Shown here in pieces: positions 12,631-25,636 of a DNA stretch of 64,000 bases (the stretch's first letter is position 1; the number at the start of each line of letters is the position of its first letter). The stretch comes from Callorhinchus milii. Taxonomy: Eukaryota. The stretch spans positions 6,016,001 through 6,080,000 of the forward strand of contig NW_024704742.1 in NCBI RefSeq assembly GCF_018977255.1. Reading direction: 5' to 3'. Under the pieces are notes generated by a model. It saw nothing but the letters and a program-made list of their open reading frames with translations. It did not search any database and had not been told where the DNA came from. The translations under genes and the position numbers were made by a program.

Positions 12631-13232
12631 CCTCAGAGTCCCGCCGCCTCGCCCTCTCCCTCCCCATTTTTAAATCCTGCCTTTAGGTAACATCTTAATC
12701 AACGCTTCGAGACATTAATCGTACGTTAAATGAAAACAGAAATTTTAAGCATAGACGGTGGTGCCTCAACCCAGTGTGTCTGCGTCAGTGCTGTGGGTCT
12801 TTTGCGATACCTTTTTTTTAATCAAATTCAAACATGTGGTTTTTAAAATTTTAAAACTTTTTTAACGTCATCCGGATGAAGAACAAAATGATGTGTAAAT
12901 TCACAGCAGCGAACTATGCACAACACTTGCATGTATATAGCGCTCTTCACATGGGTAAGTTGTGCGCTGGTGGGAGAGATGACGGTGTAGGGTCCCACAG
13001 TCTTTAGTGACAGATGTACACAACAACAACAACAACAAATTACATTTGTATAGCGCCTCTCGGATCAGAAAAACGTCCCAAGGCGCTGGACGGTCAGGGA
13101 TCTGCACCCTGACATGAAAGCACCAGAGTCCACAAAATTTGTTTTTAATAACATTTCTCTGAAAGCCTGGCCACCAATGGTAGGGCGGGGTCGGGTGGGA
13201 GACATGGAACAGGCCCGCTGAACGGAGCTTAG

Positions 13233-13606
13233 TGGAGTCCTGTAGCTTAGTGGTTAGAGCACTCGCTCGCAAGCAAGAGGCCCTGGATTCTATTCCCAGC
13301 AGGGCGAAACTTTGAGCAAGTTTCCCTACTCCATACTCCTCTATTTACCCAGTATTAAATAGGAACCCAGTTGTTAGTCAATTGGCAGATCACTTTTCTG
13401 GGGTAATAATCCCTAAAGAAAATACAATAATAATTTGGTCACTCAATCCACGACTCTTTGTGGGACGCTGCCGTGTGCAATTGGCTGCCACGTTTCGCCC
13501 ACAACATATACAGCCAATTCCCTTCACAGTGTATTCGGTGAAGCGCCTTGAGACATCTCGAAGACCTGATAAGGCACTGTATCAAATGCAAGGATTATTA
13601 TTATTA
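13233..13606 (+). mobile_element. tRNA-Ala-derived SINE, long subfamily
   Basis: Complete head, body and (TTA)n tail. Confidence 0.92.
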
Positions 13607-14100
13607 TACTATTGTGCCATGAACTAGGACCACTCAACTTCCAGCCTCACAATTTAGGGATCCAGCCTCCAACACTTTGTCTCTCTGGGACTCCAGCAAC
13701 ATGGTCCAGTTAAATCAGCTTCACTAATAGACAGAGACAAAAGGGCAGGTGCGGACATAGACATGTTTATTTGGTCACACCTGGAGGAGGCATCTCCTTC
13801 ACATCGCCTTTCAAGTCGCCATGCCGTCAGGAATTGTGCTTCTGCTCACCCCACCCTGAATGAATTACAGCAGCCTTGCCTCAGAACAGTCACAAAGTAA
13901 TAAGAAAGAAACCTGTTCCACACATTCCTCTTGAGAATGGAATCCGGTCTGTTCCTTCCTGATCAAACCACGAGCCTCCAACGCATGTGAGACACGTGCA
14001 GTGCAGTCTCTACCTGAAGCATCACCTCAAGAGCTACTAAAATCAGTGAGATTTCTTCCTCATTGATTCGGAGAAAGAGGAGCGGTCAAGTTTACCATTG

Positions 14101-14346
14101 AGAGGCCCGGAATTCCACCTTGTCTTAATCTGTAGGACCATTTTGTCTTTAAAATTGAAAACCCAGCGGAACTGTGGAAAATTATTTAATTTAATCTTAA
14201 TTAGTTTTACACAGTCTTACAGCTCTTAAAAGGAACTGGCTTCAAAATTAAGACTGAATCTCCACATTTTTCATAGTTCAGTGCGATCTCAGATTTTAAG
14301 ACAAAATGGTCTTACAGGCTAAGACTACGGAGAATTTCGAGCCCCT
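14101..14346. mobile_element. Palindromic MITE-like element, copy 3 (best preserved)
   Basis: Left ggcccggaattccaccttgtcttaatctgtaggaccattttgtcttt is the inverse of aagacaaaatggtcttacaggctaagactacggagaatttcgagccc. Confidence 0.7.
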
Positions 14347-14379
14347 GTCCGTCCGTCCGTCCGTCTGTCTGTCTGTCTG
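14347..14379. repeat. (TCCG)n(TCTG)n microsatellite
   Basis: Read directly from the sequence. Confidence 0.85.
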
Positions 14380-14482
14380 CTCACTTCCCTACTGTTCAAT
14401 TGTGACTTTGGTATTGACATTTTCTTAAAACCAAGCCTCATTCTTAGTCTAACTGGTTGCGTGCTTGACTGAGAATTCCTAC

Positions 14483-14651
14483 TGTGGTGACCAACAGGTC
14501 CCACTTGAAGACTTTCCTCTTCGATCGTGCTTACGGCCACCTTCCCCCGCCTCCCAACCCGTCTCAGAGTCAGGCTCTGCCACTGTTAAGCGCAATGAGA
14601 CACTACCCTGCATTGATGGCGCTGTATAAGTGCAAGTTGCTGTTGCTGTTG
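14483..14651 (+). mobile_element. L2 LINE 3' tail
   Basis: HLKTFLFDRAY L2 terminal motif, then ggcgctgtataagtgcaagttgctgttg. Confidence 0.75.
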
Positions 14652-14810
14652 CCTGGTGCTTCTTGAGTCAGGTTACTCATTTTACGATAAGTGAGACAAC
14701 GACAACAACAAGAACAACAATTACTAAGCGTTTTGAGACATCTCAACAAAGTGATAAGGCACTACATCAAATGCAAAGATTATTATTACTTGCATCTATG
14801 TAGTATCTTC

Positions 14811-15166
14811 ATAATAATAATAATCCTTGCACGTTGTTGAGATGTCTCAAAGTGGTCACAGAATATACTGTAAAGTGAATTGACTGTATATTTTGCGAGT
14901 GAAACACAGCAGCCAATTGCGCACAGCAGTGTCCCACAAACAGTCGTGAATTGAGTGACCAAATTATTTATTTATTTGTTTATTTCTTTTAAAGGGATTA
15001 TTACCCTCAGAAAGCAATCGACTAACAACCGGGTTCCAACTTACTACTGGGTAACTGAAGCGTGTGGCTTAAGGAAACTTGCCTAAAGTTTTGTCCTGCC
15101 GGGAATTGAATCCGGGTCCTCTCGCTTGCGAGGTGAGGGGTCTAACCAGTACGCTCCAGGATTCCA
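14811..15166 (-). mobile_element. tRNA-Ala-derived SINE, long subfamily
   Basis: Reverse complement of the full element. The head ends at caggattcca (15166). Confidence 0.9.
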
Positions 15167-15801
15167 CATCTCAGAGTACTTCACAATGATGCAATGTGGG
15201 GTCGGGGTGGAGGGGGAGGTTTTTCCTTTGCTAGTCATTTTGTTACAAAGGTTCTTTGAAGAACCATGGCACATTTACAATGATATCCTCGCTGTAACGT
15301 TGTAAAATGTCAGTGGTATTTTAGTCTGTCTGACCGGAAAGTGAGCCAGTATTATGACTTTGTGTGGTCAGAGAGTCTGTCAGGAAGCGAGTGGTGGTAG
15401 AAGAGAGACTGGTTTGACAATTGCGACTCTACATTGCTGAATAAGATGTAAAATGTCTTCATTCCCATTCACGAGCTCTACCATTATCTTCTACAAGCAC
15501 CGTCTTCCAAAGGTTCCCTTTGTTAACTACTTAAAAGGGTTCATTCTTTCCTGCTTGTAAAACAGCTGTAAATCCCGCTCACCACTTGTCACCATCGCAC
15601 AGTGTTTGGACAGATCAAGCCAACTCAACCAGTGAATGAACGCAGTGAGATCAGCGTGGACACTACAGTCAGACCAGCAATCTCTGCGCGAGATTATCCG
15701 CAAGTCAATCTGAATGCTTGAGACCTCAGCTTTATCTTTCACGGTGTCGGGAGAGTGTGCACGGAGACCAAAGGGAAATTTAAACTCCCGTTGTGCGTTG
15801 C

Positions 15802-15970
15802 CAGGCAGCTTCTATGGAGAGAGGAAAGTGAGGTCTATGACGTCAGAACCCCGATGGAAGGTCATCGACCTGAAACGTTAACTCACTTTCCTCTCTCCAT
15901 AGATGCTGCCTGACCCGCTGAGTGTTCCCAGCGACTTCAGTTTTTATTTCAGATTTCCAGCATTTTTTTT
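15802..15970 (+). mobile_element. Penelope-like terminal remnant: 31-bp inverted repeat around a degenerate hammerhead motif
   Basis: Arms 15802-15832 and 15882-15912 with 1 mismatch. The loop holds ccgatgg-a-aggtc-atc-gacct-gaaacgtta. The downstream gatgctgcctgacccgctgag...tttttatttcagatttccagca matches a common shark repeat. Confidence 0.65.
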
Positions 15971-17084
15971 CTTTCTTATGAACTTCCCTATATTCTTCTG
16001 TCGCTAACTTTCTCTCTGTTTTTACTTGTTTAGGGCTGGTGACTATCTGCTTGGCTCTGGGTCCGTTGGCACTGACCTCAGTCCGACAACAACAACAAGT
16101 TGCATGTACATAGCCCCCCCCACACCCCCTCGTGCAGCGTAGCATCCCGGAGCGCTTGACAGTGGGGGAGAACTATCGTATGTTTTTCACCTTAAAACTG
16201 CTCACTGTGGTGCCAGTTATTACTGCAGTCCTGATCACCCCATCCTCATCCTCACCCCATCCTCCTACAGGACTATAGAAATCTACAGCCCAGTCGGAGG
16301 CCAATTGACTCATTTTGTGTTAGTGTTGGTGTTTGCTCCTCCAGTGAAGACTTCCATCCTAATCCCAATTCCCGGCTCCTTCCCTGCATCCTCTAATGCT
16401 CTTCCTGCCCATTTGACACCGAATATCCTCTTCACATACTGGAGGCTGAAGTACTCTCATCACTAAATATAGTAAATTTGTCACTAAGTCTTTATAATGG
16501 GATTTCCTGTTATAAACATTCAGCGGAAAAGATGCCTATTTTGGGCTGTGAAGCTTACGGGAGACCCCAGTGTATTCTAAAAGGCATCCTGCTTCTGATT
16601 CTGTGCCTTCGCCGGTATCCTCTGACTATACATTAAATTTCATGATTTCGTTTTTTTTTTTTGGCACACGTTTACAACGAAAATTTTGTTAGAAAAAATT
16701 CCACCCCCACCCCACAAAAACCAAAACATACTCAATGAAAACTATTTCGCCCACCAAACATACGGTCAATTCACTTTACAGTACGTTCTGTGAAGCGCTT
16801 TGAGACGTCTCGAAGACGTGATAAGGCGCTATATCAAACACAAGGATTATTATTATTTACTATAATGGAAAGGTTAAATTAATAATTGTAAAAGTTGTTT
16901 GTTATTCGATTAATCCCTAACAATGGAGAACACGATACCTTTCTTCTCCCACTAACATTCCAAGGGACTTAGAAACATAGTTGGGTTGAAATAATTAGGA
17001 ATGTGACGTTAAAAACTCCATGGTCTTATTTAAAAAGGGAAGGAGTTTCCCCTGGTGTCCTGGGCAACAATTTCCCTTTATAAT

Positions 17085-17505
17085 TACAACAACTTGGATT
17101 TATATAGCGTCCTCCACGCCAGACGGCGTCTTTATAATTACAGGATTGGATGCTGAGCGGAGGAGAGATGTGAGGGAAGGGGGTAGGGGGAGGTGACCAT
17201 AGCTACAGACCAAGAGAAAGGTTTCTGAGATGGGACTTAAAGATGGAGAGAGAGAGGGGACAAGCTGGAGGGGATCAAGGAAAGGAAATCCAGAGGCTTG
17301 GGGCATAGAATCTGAAAGCACAGCCGTCATTGGTGGTGGGGAGAAGGTGGGTTTCCTTTTCCCAGCAAAGCTGAGTTAGGAGGAGATTGGAGGAGGCGAG
17401 TAGAAATGGGGTAGGTGGAGATTAGAGGGATGGAGAGATTCTCGGGCATGAAGGGATTTATAGGTGACAGTGAGAACCTTGAAATCAAACTGCTGGGAGA
17501 CAGGC
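17085..17505 (-). mobile_element. L2 LINE 3' end
   Basis: G/A-rich plus strand, the inverse of the L2 C-terminus. The tail reads acaacaacttggatttatatagcg. Confidence 0.7.
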
Positions 17506-17574
17506 TATATATTTACATGGAGTTGTAATTTGTGATGGTTTGTTATGCTTTTCATGTTCTAATTATTAACCTAA

Positions 17575-17770
17575 TTATTAATAATAATAGTAATCTTTGC
17601 ATTTGATACAGGGCCTAATCATGTCTTTGAGATGTCTCAAAGAACTTCACTTTGTATATACGCTTAAATGAATTAATTGTATTTTGTGGGTGGCCAATTG
17701 GCACAGCAGAGTCCCACAAACAATTGTGGATTGAGTCACCAAATTAATATTAATTTTTTAAGGGATTTAC
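17575..17770 (-). mobile_element. tRNA-Ala SINE, 5'-truncated
   Basis: (TAA)n-tctttgcatttgatac...gtcccacaaac. Confidence 0.8.
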
Positions 17771-19704
17771 GCCCCACTGTTACCAAAAACTAGCAAACTC
17801 ACAAAGGCTTCAGTCCATTCAGTCTTAATCATTTAAGTTCGGTGGTGCAAACAATATTTAATAAAGACAAAAGGTTTTAACAAAATGAGGTTGAAGGAAC
17901 TGAAATCTTATTGCATTTAAAACAAATCTTGATATAGAAAGTGGATCCGCTTTGACATGCCCTGGTTTTATCGCAATTCTTCATCATATTTATTAAGCTG
18001 GATTTGTTTTGGAAGCATCCACCTAGACCTTTAAAGTATTTTGATATACTATACCATACCAGCACTCTCCTCCTGATTTATTAGCTCCACTGAATAGAAC
18101 GAGCCCACGCACGTTCAAGGACTTTCCAACCCATTTCTGTTTAAAGAGGAGCCAAAAGAGAGCAGCACTTAATTAGTGGCAATATATCTCTGCTTCTACT
18201 CAACTGTACCTTATTCCAGATTGCCTTTGGGGTTCTAGACATGTCACTATCAAGGATATTGCAAGGGGAAGGAGGGGCAAATTTCTCAAGTCGCTAACTC
18301 TTAACAGCGTGAGTTTGTAAAGGGAAATTCCCCGAATAACTATGTGGTAGTTTGTTCGATGGGTTTGTAATGGGAAAATCCCTCTATAAGTGAACAGGGG
18401 ACACTCAAAAAATGTCTTGCCAATCTTGTGTCCACAGCACTTACTTGATAGTAATAATCCGTGCATTTGATATAGCACCTTATCACGTCTTCGAAACATC
18501 TCAAATTGCTTCACAGAGTGTAGTGTCAAGTGAAGTGACTGTATATTTTGTGGGGAAATCGCTTCAAATTCCCCTTTTGTTACCCTACCTAATCATACAA
18601 TTTCTAAGCAACAATATCTAACATGCTCTAGTCAACGCAAAGCATACACAGTCCACTAACAGTATGAAGCACTTTGAGATGATTCCACAACATGATACGA
18701 CCCTAATTCAAATGCAACAATTATTATTTAGATACAAAGAATTTGAACAGCATTGCGAAGGTGCAATATATCTCATCGTTGCTCGTGCCGCTGTGTTCAA
18801 GTAATGATCTTGAACTAGTACTTTATTGATTTGTAAATGTTTGAGGCTGTTGTAATTCTAAAAAATGCATCAGCGAGGTGGGGGAACAAGCAAATGACTG
18901 TGGTGAAAATCTGCCGACATTTATTTGGGAGGTAATAATAGCTAACAGACACCAGAGTTACGTATTTAACTCTACCGAAAATTCCAATTATCATCCCGGG
19001 AATATTGGGAGGGTGTTCAATGCATCAGCCTCACTTTAACTTGAACTGAAAGCATGCGATAACCTTTTTGGCAAGTCTGCAGAACAATAACAACTTGCAC
19101 TGACTTATACAACGCAGTTCACAATGAACCATCCTACCAAGGTGCTAACAAATAGATACTTATACCCGATTATTCGAATAGAACAAGAACAACAAATTAC
19201 ATTTATATAGTGCACTTCACGTCAGAAAGCCATCCCAGGTTGCTGGACAGTCACAGTCAGGGGCGTGGAAGGGTGGATTTTTGTTTAAAAAAATGTGATT
19301 CAGCATTTTTTTCAACAGCTGGGCGAATCTGAACAGGCACACTGGACCTCGGTTTAACATCTCATCCAAAGGATGGCACCTTTGACAATTCAGCTCATCC
19401 ACAACATTGCATTGGAGTGCCAGCCTAGACCGGATGAGTTCAAAATTGGGAGTAGCAGGTGTCACAATAAAAGCTGAGAGCTGATTTTCAGGCGTATCTC
19501 TCTGTACAGTTATTGACTGGTGGACGTAATCCCTCCCTTCCCCCCAAAGTTCTTATAGTGGTGTACAAGTGTATGATTTAGCACCTCTCTCCTGTTTGTG
19601 CGACGTTACTGTATGTATATATCAAACAAAGCGCTTTGAAACATCCTCCCAGTATGAAAGGTGCTACAACGAATAATAATGGTGTTATTATTACTTTCCC
19701 CATA

Positions 19705-20098
19705 TTCACTGGGATCCACTGACTCAAGTTAACTTCAAGATCCTCATCCTGATCTTGAAATTCCTTCCAACCTCCGTAATCTCTTCCAGCCCTGTTTTCC
19801 TGCCCATTCCTCTGATTCCAGTTTCCTGATCGTTCCTCACTCCCCACCTTCCACTACTGTTAGCCCAGCTTTCTGCTCTCTGGAACTTTCTCCTACAATC
19901 CTTTTGCTTTAGCCTCCTCTCCCTGACTTCAAAAAACCTTCTTGAGAAATTTATCTCTTGGGAGACCTTTACTCAACATCCTCAACCCTCTTCGCCGCCA
20001 GCCCCCCACACACTTGACAGTTGTCCCTGTTGTCTTTGTAAAGCACTTTGAGCCAATTAGTCTTTGTCAAAGGCATCGTATAAGGTATTGTTGTTGTT
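19705..20098 (+). mobile_element. L2 LINE 3' end
   Basis: ttcaagatcctcatcctg...ctctggaac...gtaaagcactttgag...tgttgttg. Confidence 0.7.
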
Positions 20099-20685
20099 TA
20101 AAATCAATGGCACTGCTGCTGTTCTCTTGCTCTGAGATTTTAGCCACTGCAAAGTGAGCCCTTGTGTTTTTCTCTATATAAGCTGAACAATAATTACATT
20201 CGATGCAGTGCTTTATCAAGTCATTGCAAAGTCTCAAAGTGCCTCACAGAATTTTACTGTGAAGTCCTCGAACTGCTCTAAGTGCTCTAACTGCGTATAA
20301 GTAGGCGAATATGGCAGCCAATTTCCGCACAGCAATGTCCCACAAACAAAACAGCCGTGAAGTTAACGACCACCATTTGCGGTATTTGAAAGTATGTCTT
20401 GACTTTGGAGCAAATCCAAGCTGTGAGAGGGTTGCACTTTATTTTTCAATTCAGATCTCTTGTAGGTGCGTCACACCTCTTTATTGCAGTTAGGAGTCCT
20501 TTTCTGTAATGCCTGCTGAGTATTTGTAGCAGTGGTGTGCTGCATGGTTCCTGCTTACAATTATTGGAAGAAGACAGGAAGTAGCCAGTAAGACTACACA
20601 TGTTGCCTGCTCTCACTTTAAGGACACTTGGCAATGTAAAAAAATTATCAAATCCCTCTGCAAATCCTCTGAGGGGACGTTCTGC

Positions 20686-21075
20686 TAATAATAATAATAA
20701 TAATAATAATAATCCTTGCATTTGATATAGCACTTTTCACATCTTCTAGACGTCTCAAAGTGCTTCACAGAATATACTGTAAAGTGAATTGACTGTATAT
20801 TTGTGGGAGAACCTGCAGAGGCTCAAGGGTTGTCCTTTCGCAGTGATTCATGCAGGGGTTAGATTGTGTTCAATCACTTTTTCCTCCTCCTTTTATTCTG
20901 AATCCTCTTCCTAATTGTGATTATCAATAAGTAATAATAATAATAATAATAATCCTTGCATCTGATAGAGCTTCTCAGTATTTTATCGTAAAGTATAGAG
21001 GCTGAGTATTTTGTAGGCGAACACAGCAGCCAATGTTGTACAATGCAATGCCCCACACGCAGCCTTGGTGTCAAA
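20686..21075 (-). mobile_element. Two 5'-truncated tRNA-Ala SINE tails (20686-20810 and 20932-21075)
   Basis: (TAA)n-tccttgcat occurs twice. Confidence 0.8.
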
Positions 21076-21084
21076 TAAACGATT

Positions 21085-21270
21085 TAATCTTCCTCCTAAT
21101 CCTCTTCCCGCTCTTCCTTCACTTCTCACTTTTCTTATTCTTGTTCCTCGTCCTCATTGCCACCTTCCTCTTTGTCCCATTAATCTTCCTACTTGTACTC
21201 TTCTGTCTCTTCCTCCTCATTCTTATCTCCCTGCTATCCTCCCTCCGACTTGGCTTCCTCTTGCGGGCCC
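21085..21270. repeat. Pyrimidine-rich low-complexity (CTT/CCT)n region
   Basis: Read directly from the sequence. It explains the Leu/Phe-rich ORFs here. Confidence 0.8.
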
Positions 21271-21339
21271 TTCAACACAAGTGATCCCAGAACATGCTTC
21301 TGTCTACGGGATCAAGCCTTACAATTAGGACCTCAAACT

Positions 21340-21685
21340 CGCGATCTAGGCTGACACTCCAATGCGCTAGGGATGCATTGCATTATCAGAGATGCCATCC
21401 TTTAGGTGAGATATTACCTAGTCTGCCTGTTCAGGTGGACATTAGAGATCCCATGGCACGATTCGAAAAGAGAAGGGAATTTAACCTCGCATCCATCCAA
21501 CAATCCCCAGATAAAATTGTTCATTTTCTTTGTAAAATTGTTTGTAGGGCAATGCCATGCACAAATTGGCTGCCGGTTTTCACAACAAAATACACAGTCA
21601 CTGCACTTCACAATACATCCTTTGAAGTGCCTTGAGATGTTCTCTTGACCTGAAAGGCACTATATCAAATACAAATATTGTTATC
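21340..21685 (+). mobile_element. Deu-domain SINE
   Basis: tctaggctgacactcca...caggtggacattagagatcccatggcac followed by a tail. Confidence 0.85.
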
Positions 21686-22934
21686 GTAGCCTTTATTATA
21701 ACTTTTCCTTAATTATTTATCCTTGATCCATTGTCGAACACTGTTATAGACTTGGCATCCGTTGCCATTTTATGAAAAGGCATTCCATATTTCAGGAACC
21801 GTCAGTGTGTAAAAAAAATTGAAAACTTTTCAAGATCCTCTTCCTTGTTCCTCAACTTATGACCACTCGATACCGACTAGTGGAAATAGTCTTTCATCTA
21901 TTTATCGTATCAAAACCATTCCGAATTTTGAAAAACTCTGCTCGCGCTTGATTGCAAAACATCAGCTGAAAATCCAAACCCGATCAAAAACCTACTTTAT
22001 TAATCTTTTTTTTTAAAAAACGGCAATAAATCCAGGAAACAAATTAGAAGCCTTTGAATAAGCTTCAGAGATCGTCACGCTCTGTATTACATGTCACACT
22101 CGGTTTGCTCGTGAGGAGACTAAGATCACATTAACAAAGACAGCCGCGCTGCTTTGCTGTTCTTTAACTGATGGTGACACTTCACTATACAATCCGCAAA
22201 CAATAAAGCAGTAGATAGGAGCTCATTGTGTCCGCAGACTGCCGTTGCTGTTGTTTGTGAGCTCTAGTGTAACAAATGGGGACGGTGTGAGTCGATGCAC
22301 AGACGCAGGTTACCTACCAGCGTAGGTCTGGGTGGGTCTGCTTCCCAGGTGGGCAGGTGGCTTGTGATCAAAGGACACATTATGACAAGGATGTCCAACA
22401 ATGTAGAAAAATAATAATTTACACTTTGAGCTCATTTTTTTTGTTTAAATTGATGATAAATAGCATTGGGCAGCATGCGCACAGACTCAGAGTTAGGCAG
22501 TGACCATGATAACTGTCAGTCCAAAGCCATGATCCCGCGAGTCAAAAATGGACACATGATCCGGCTCAGGACAGCGGTATTGAGGTTGGGGTTGTTGTGG
22601 GGGTATTGGGGTGTGCAGGGGGTAGGGAGAAGACCTTCCGCGTGTCCAAATGCATCATATTCCACACTTGAAGCATCTCTAAGTTTAGGTCGCAAATTGC
22701 ACCCCCAAGAAAATATTGCAAAATATCAGTTTAAATAATTCTTCCCCCTTATTCAAAATTGTGCTAGTTCCAGAGTCTCTTCTTATGTTGCGAGAAGAGA
22801 AGAAAGCATGGAAGGAGATAAGGCCATTTGATGCACCAAGCCACATAAAACCTCTCCATTAAGGAGACCCACGCCCTTTGCTCTTCCAGTTTTGTACATT
22901 GTTTGTTCAGCACTCCCTCTGTCCCATCATTAAC

Positions 22935-23275
22935 TGTGTGGCTCAATTGGTAGCACTCTTGCCTCTGAGAAAGCACCGTCAGAGATCCTATCCTTCAGAT
23001 GAGATGTTAAACCCAGGTCCCGTCTAACCGTCCAGGTGGACGTTAAAGATCCCATGGCACTATTCATAAAGGGAAGGGAGTTTTTCCGGTGTCCTGGCCA
23101 ACAATCCTCCAGATAAAAGCAATCGTTCAATTTAGGGCGATTGTGGGGCATTGCCATGTGCAAAATTTGGCTGCTGTGTTCACCTACAAGTACACAGTCA
23201 CTGCACTTTAGAGATAAATGTTGTAAAAAATGTGAGACATTTTGATATATTAAGGCAATATCCCAAATGCAAAAA
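22935..23275 (+). mobile_element. Deu-domain SINE with head and an internal deletion
   Basis: tggctcaattggtagcactcttgcctctgag head joined directly to the Deu core and tail. Confidence 0.85.
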
Positions 23276-23507
23276 TACCCCAAATTTATTCTAGGTGCGT
23301 TTTAAGAACTGCAAGACATTCACCCTGGATGAAAGTCACCGTATAAGTCCAAGTTATTGTCGCTGTTGTTATTGTTAAATGTTATTAATTCCCTTACACT
23401 CGTAACCTGGTTACACGGCTTTGCATAATTGGCAAGTTTTATAATGCTAAAACATGTCTATCACAACGAATGTTTGGAACCTGCTGAGGATAACCCAGGG
23501 TCTCTAA

Positions 23508-23733
23508 CCATAGAATAAATAGAATCCTACAGCACAGAAGGAGGCCATTCGGCCCACCATGCCCGTGTTGGCTCTTTGAAAGAACTATCCAATTAATCCC
23601 ACTCTGCTGCTCATTCTTCATAGCATTGCTATTTTTTTTTCTTTTCAAGTATATATCCAATTTCCTTTTGAAGGTTATTGTTGAATCTGGCTCCACCACC
23701 CATTTCAGGCAGTGCATTCCAGATCGTACCACA
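23508..23733 (-). mobile_element. CR1 LINE 3' end
   Basis: Minus translation WVVEPDSTITFKRKLDIYLK, with the tail gggccgaatggcctccttctgtgctgtag. Confidence 0.85.
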
Positions 23734-24119
23734 AACCCGTTTCACATCCTTTATAACTTCCCTTTCCTTTCAGGCAGGGATTTCTAGGTTAACCGGAACA
23801 GGTGGGATTTGAGTTCAGTCTGAGGCTGGACAGGGCAGGCATAAAAACCTTACTGTATGTAGATTGACCGACTGACAACAAATCAATAATAAATAGTTTG
23901 AACAGCAGGGACCCAGAATGGAAGCTCCCTGGGAGCCCTCGTAGTCATTGCTTCAGAAAGAATTTCTCTTTATTAACACCTTCTATTTCCTACTGACAAG
24001 CTATTTAATCTGTCACAAATTTCATGAACATTTTTATAAGCTTGACTTTGTGATACATTCCAAAACGCTAAGTATTTGTTATCTTTCAGAAACCCTTTGA
24101 CCACAATTTAATGCAGTAG

Positions 24120-24475
24120 TAATAATAATAGTAATCCTTGCATTTGGTATATTACCTTTCATGTCAGGAGGATGTGTCAAAGTGCTTCAAAGGATTTATT
24201 TTAGTCCATATTGATGATTTACATTGCAGATGAACATGGCAGTCAATTTGCACACAGCAATGTGCCACAAACAGACATGAAATCAGCGAGCAAATTTATT
24301 TGAGTGATTGTTTGGGCACAACACTGTGAGAAACTTCCTTTCTCTTTTTGAATAGTGTCATTGGATCTTTAGCGTCTACCTGAACAAGCAGACAGGAGCA
24401 CAGTTTAATATCTCATCCGAAGGATGACACCTTTGACAGTGCAGCATTTCCCCAGCACTGCAATGGAATGCCCAC
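24120..24475 (-). mobile_element. Deu-domain SINE
   Basis: Inverse Deu core and (TTA)n tail. Confidence 0.8.
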
Positions 24476-24483
24476 ATGGACTG

Positions 24484-24680
24484 TTCTTGTTCCTGATTGG
24501 TACCCAGTGATCCTCGCTGAAAAGCATCTGTGAGTGAATGGCGGTTGAGAGTTGGATTGGTTGATTGCGATGACCTCACGTCTACGTAGCTTACTATTTC
24601 TCTCACACGGAACAACACCTTTCGTAACCTTAGCATGAGCTAAGTATGTGCTGGTGCCTTGAAAAGGGGAGAAATTGCGA
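24484..24680 (+). mobile_element. AmnSINE2-like ancient SINE body fragment
   Basis: gttcttgttcctgattggtacccagtgatcctcgctgaaaagcatctgtgagtgaatggcgg is colinear with the recalled consensus (ttcctgctcctgatcgctatccagtgacccctgctggaaag). Confidence 0.4.
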
Positions 24681-24984
24681 TAGAGAATTTCATAAGAGGA
24701 ATTCTGGAACATTTGTGAACCAGGTACCAATGCTTCTGAATCCACGTTGACTGCTCCTTATGGCCTGAGCCAATAGAAAATTGTGGAAATATTTCCCCCC
24801 AAATTGCGAGGTATTTGATTAATTTTGTGGAAAATTGCATTTATATAGCACCCTTCAAGGGGGATAGGGTCTTGGAGTGCTTAGATAAAAATCAGAGCAT
24901 TCCATGAAATGTCCTTGAGCACTTTCCTTGTTTCTGATGTTGGTCTGGTCTGTAATTCCCAGAATCATGCCTCATTGCATTCCT

Positions 24985-25410
24985 GAGCTTGGTTAAGATG
25001 GTAGCACTTCCGTCTTAAGGTCAGAGGTTTTGTGGCTTCAAGCCCCATCACTGGGACTTGAGTTCACAACCAGACTAAACCTTCAGTACAATACTGGGAA
25101 AGAGTTGCATTGCCAGATGAAGCGTTAAACCATGGACCCATCTGTCTCTTCTGCAGGTGGACATTAACGATCGCATAACAGCGTTCAAAATGGAAAGGGT
25201 CTTTGTCATGATGTTGTGGTCAACAATCCTCCAGATAAACTGGTCGCTTACTTCATTACTGTTTGGTGGATCTTGGCTGTCCGTAAACTGGCTGCTGCAT
25301 TGCCTACAAGAACAGTCACTGATCTTTATAGTAATTACTGCAGAGAGCTTTTGAGTCAGTTCAATGTGACGCGGTGTTGTAGAAGGGCCAGTTCTTTCTC
25401 ACTCAATATT
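24985..25410 (+). mobile_element. Deu-domain SINE with head
   Basis: Degenerate head (ggtagcacttcc...cttcaagcccca), Deu core and tail. Confidence 0.75.
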
Positions 25411-25636
25411 AGGATGACATGAGCTCTTTTCCAGACCTCAGACACAATTCTTATATTTATGAAACTCCTAAAAATATTAACCAGAACCTTATCCATTTCC
25501 TCTCTCATTTCCTGAGGATGCTGAGATGTAAGCCATATGGTCCAAGTGTTTGTTTTCACTTAATTCATTGTTTCTTCCCAACATATGCTTCATTGATATC
25601 TATATATGTGATATATTCTTGATATATTAAGATATA

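Noticed and set aside
13382..13627. Recurrent peptides such as RLFVGRCRVQLAA...KALYQMQGLLLL and CKDYYYY
   Set aside because: These are translations of the SINE tail and (TTA)n, not a protein family.
21033..21284. Hydrophobic, membrane-protein-like ORF
   Set aside because: It is a product of CT-rich low-complexity DNA.
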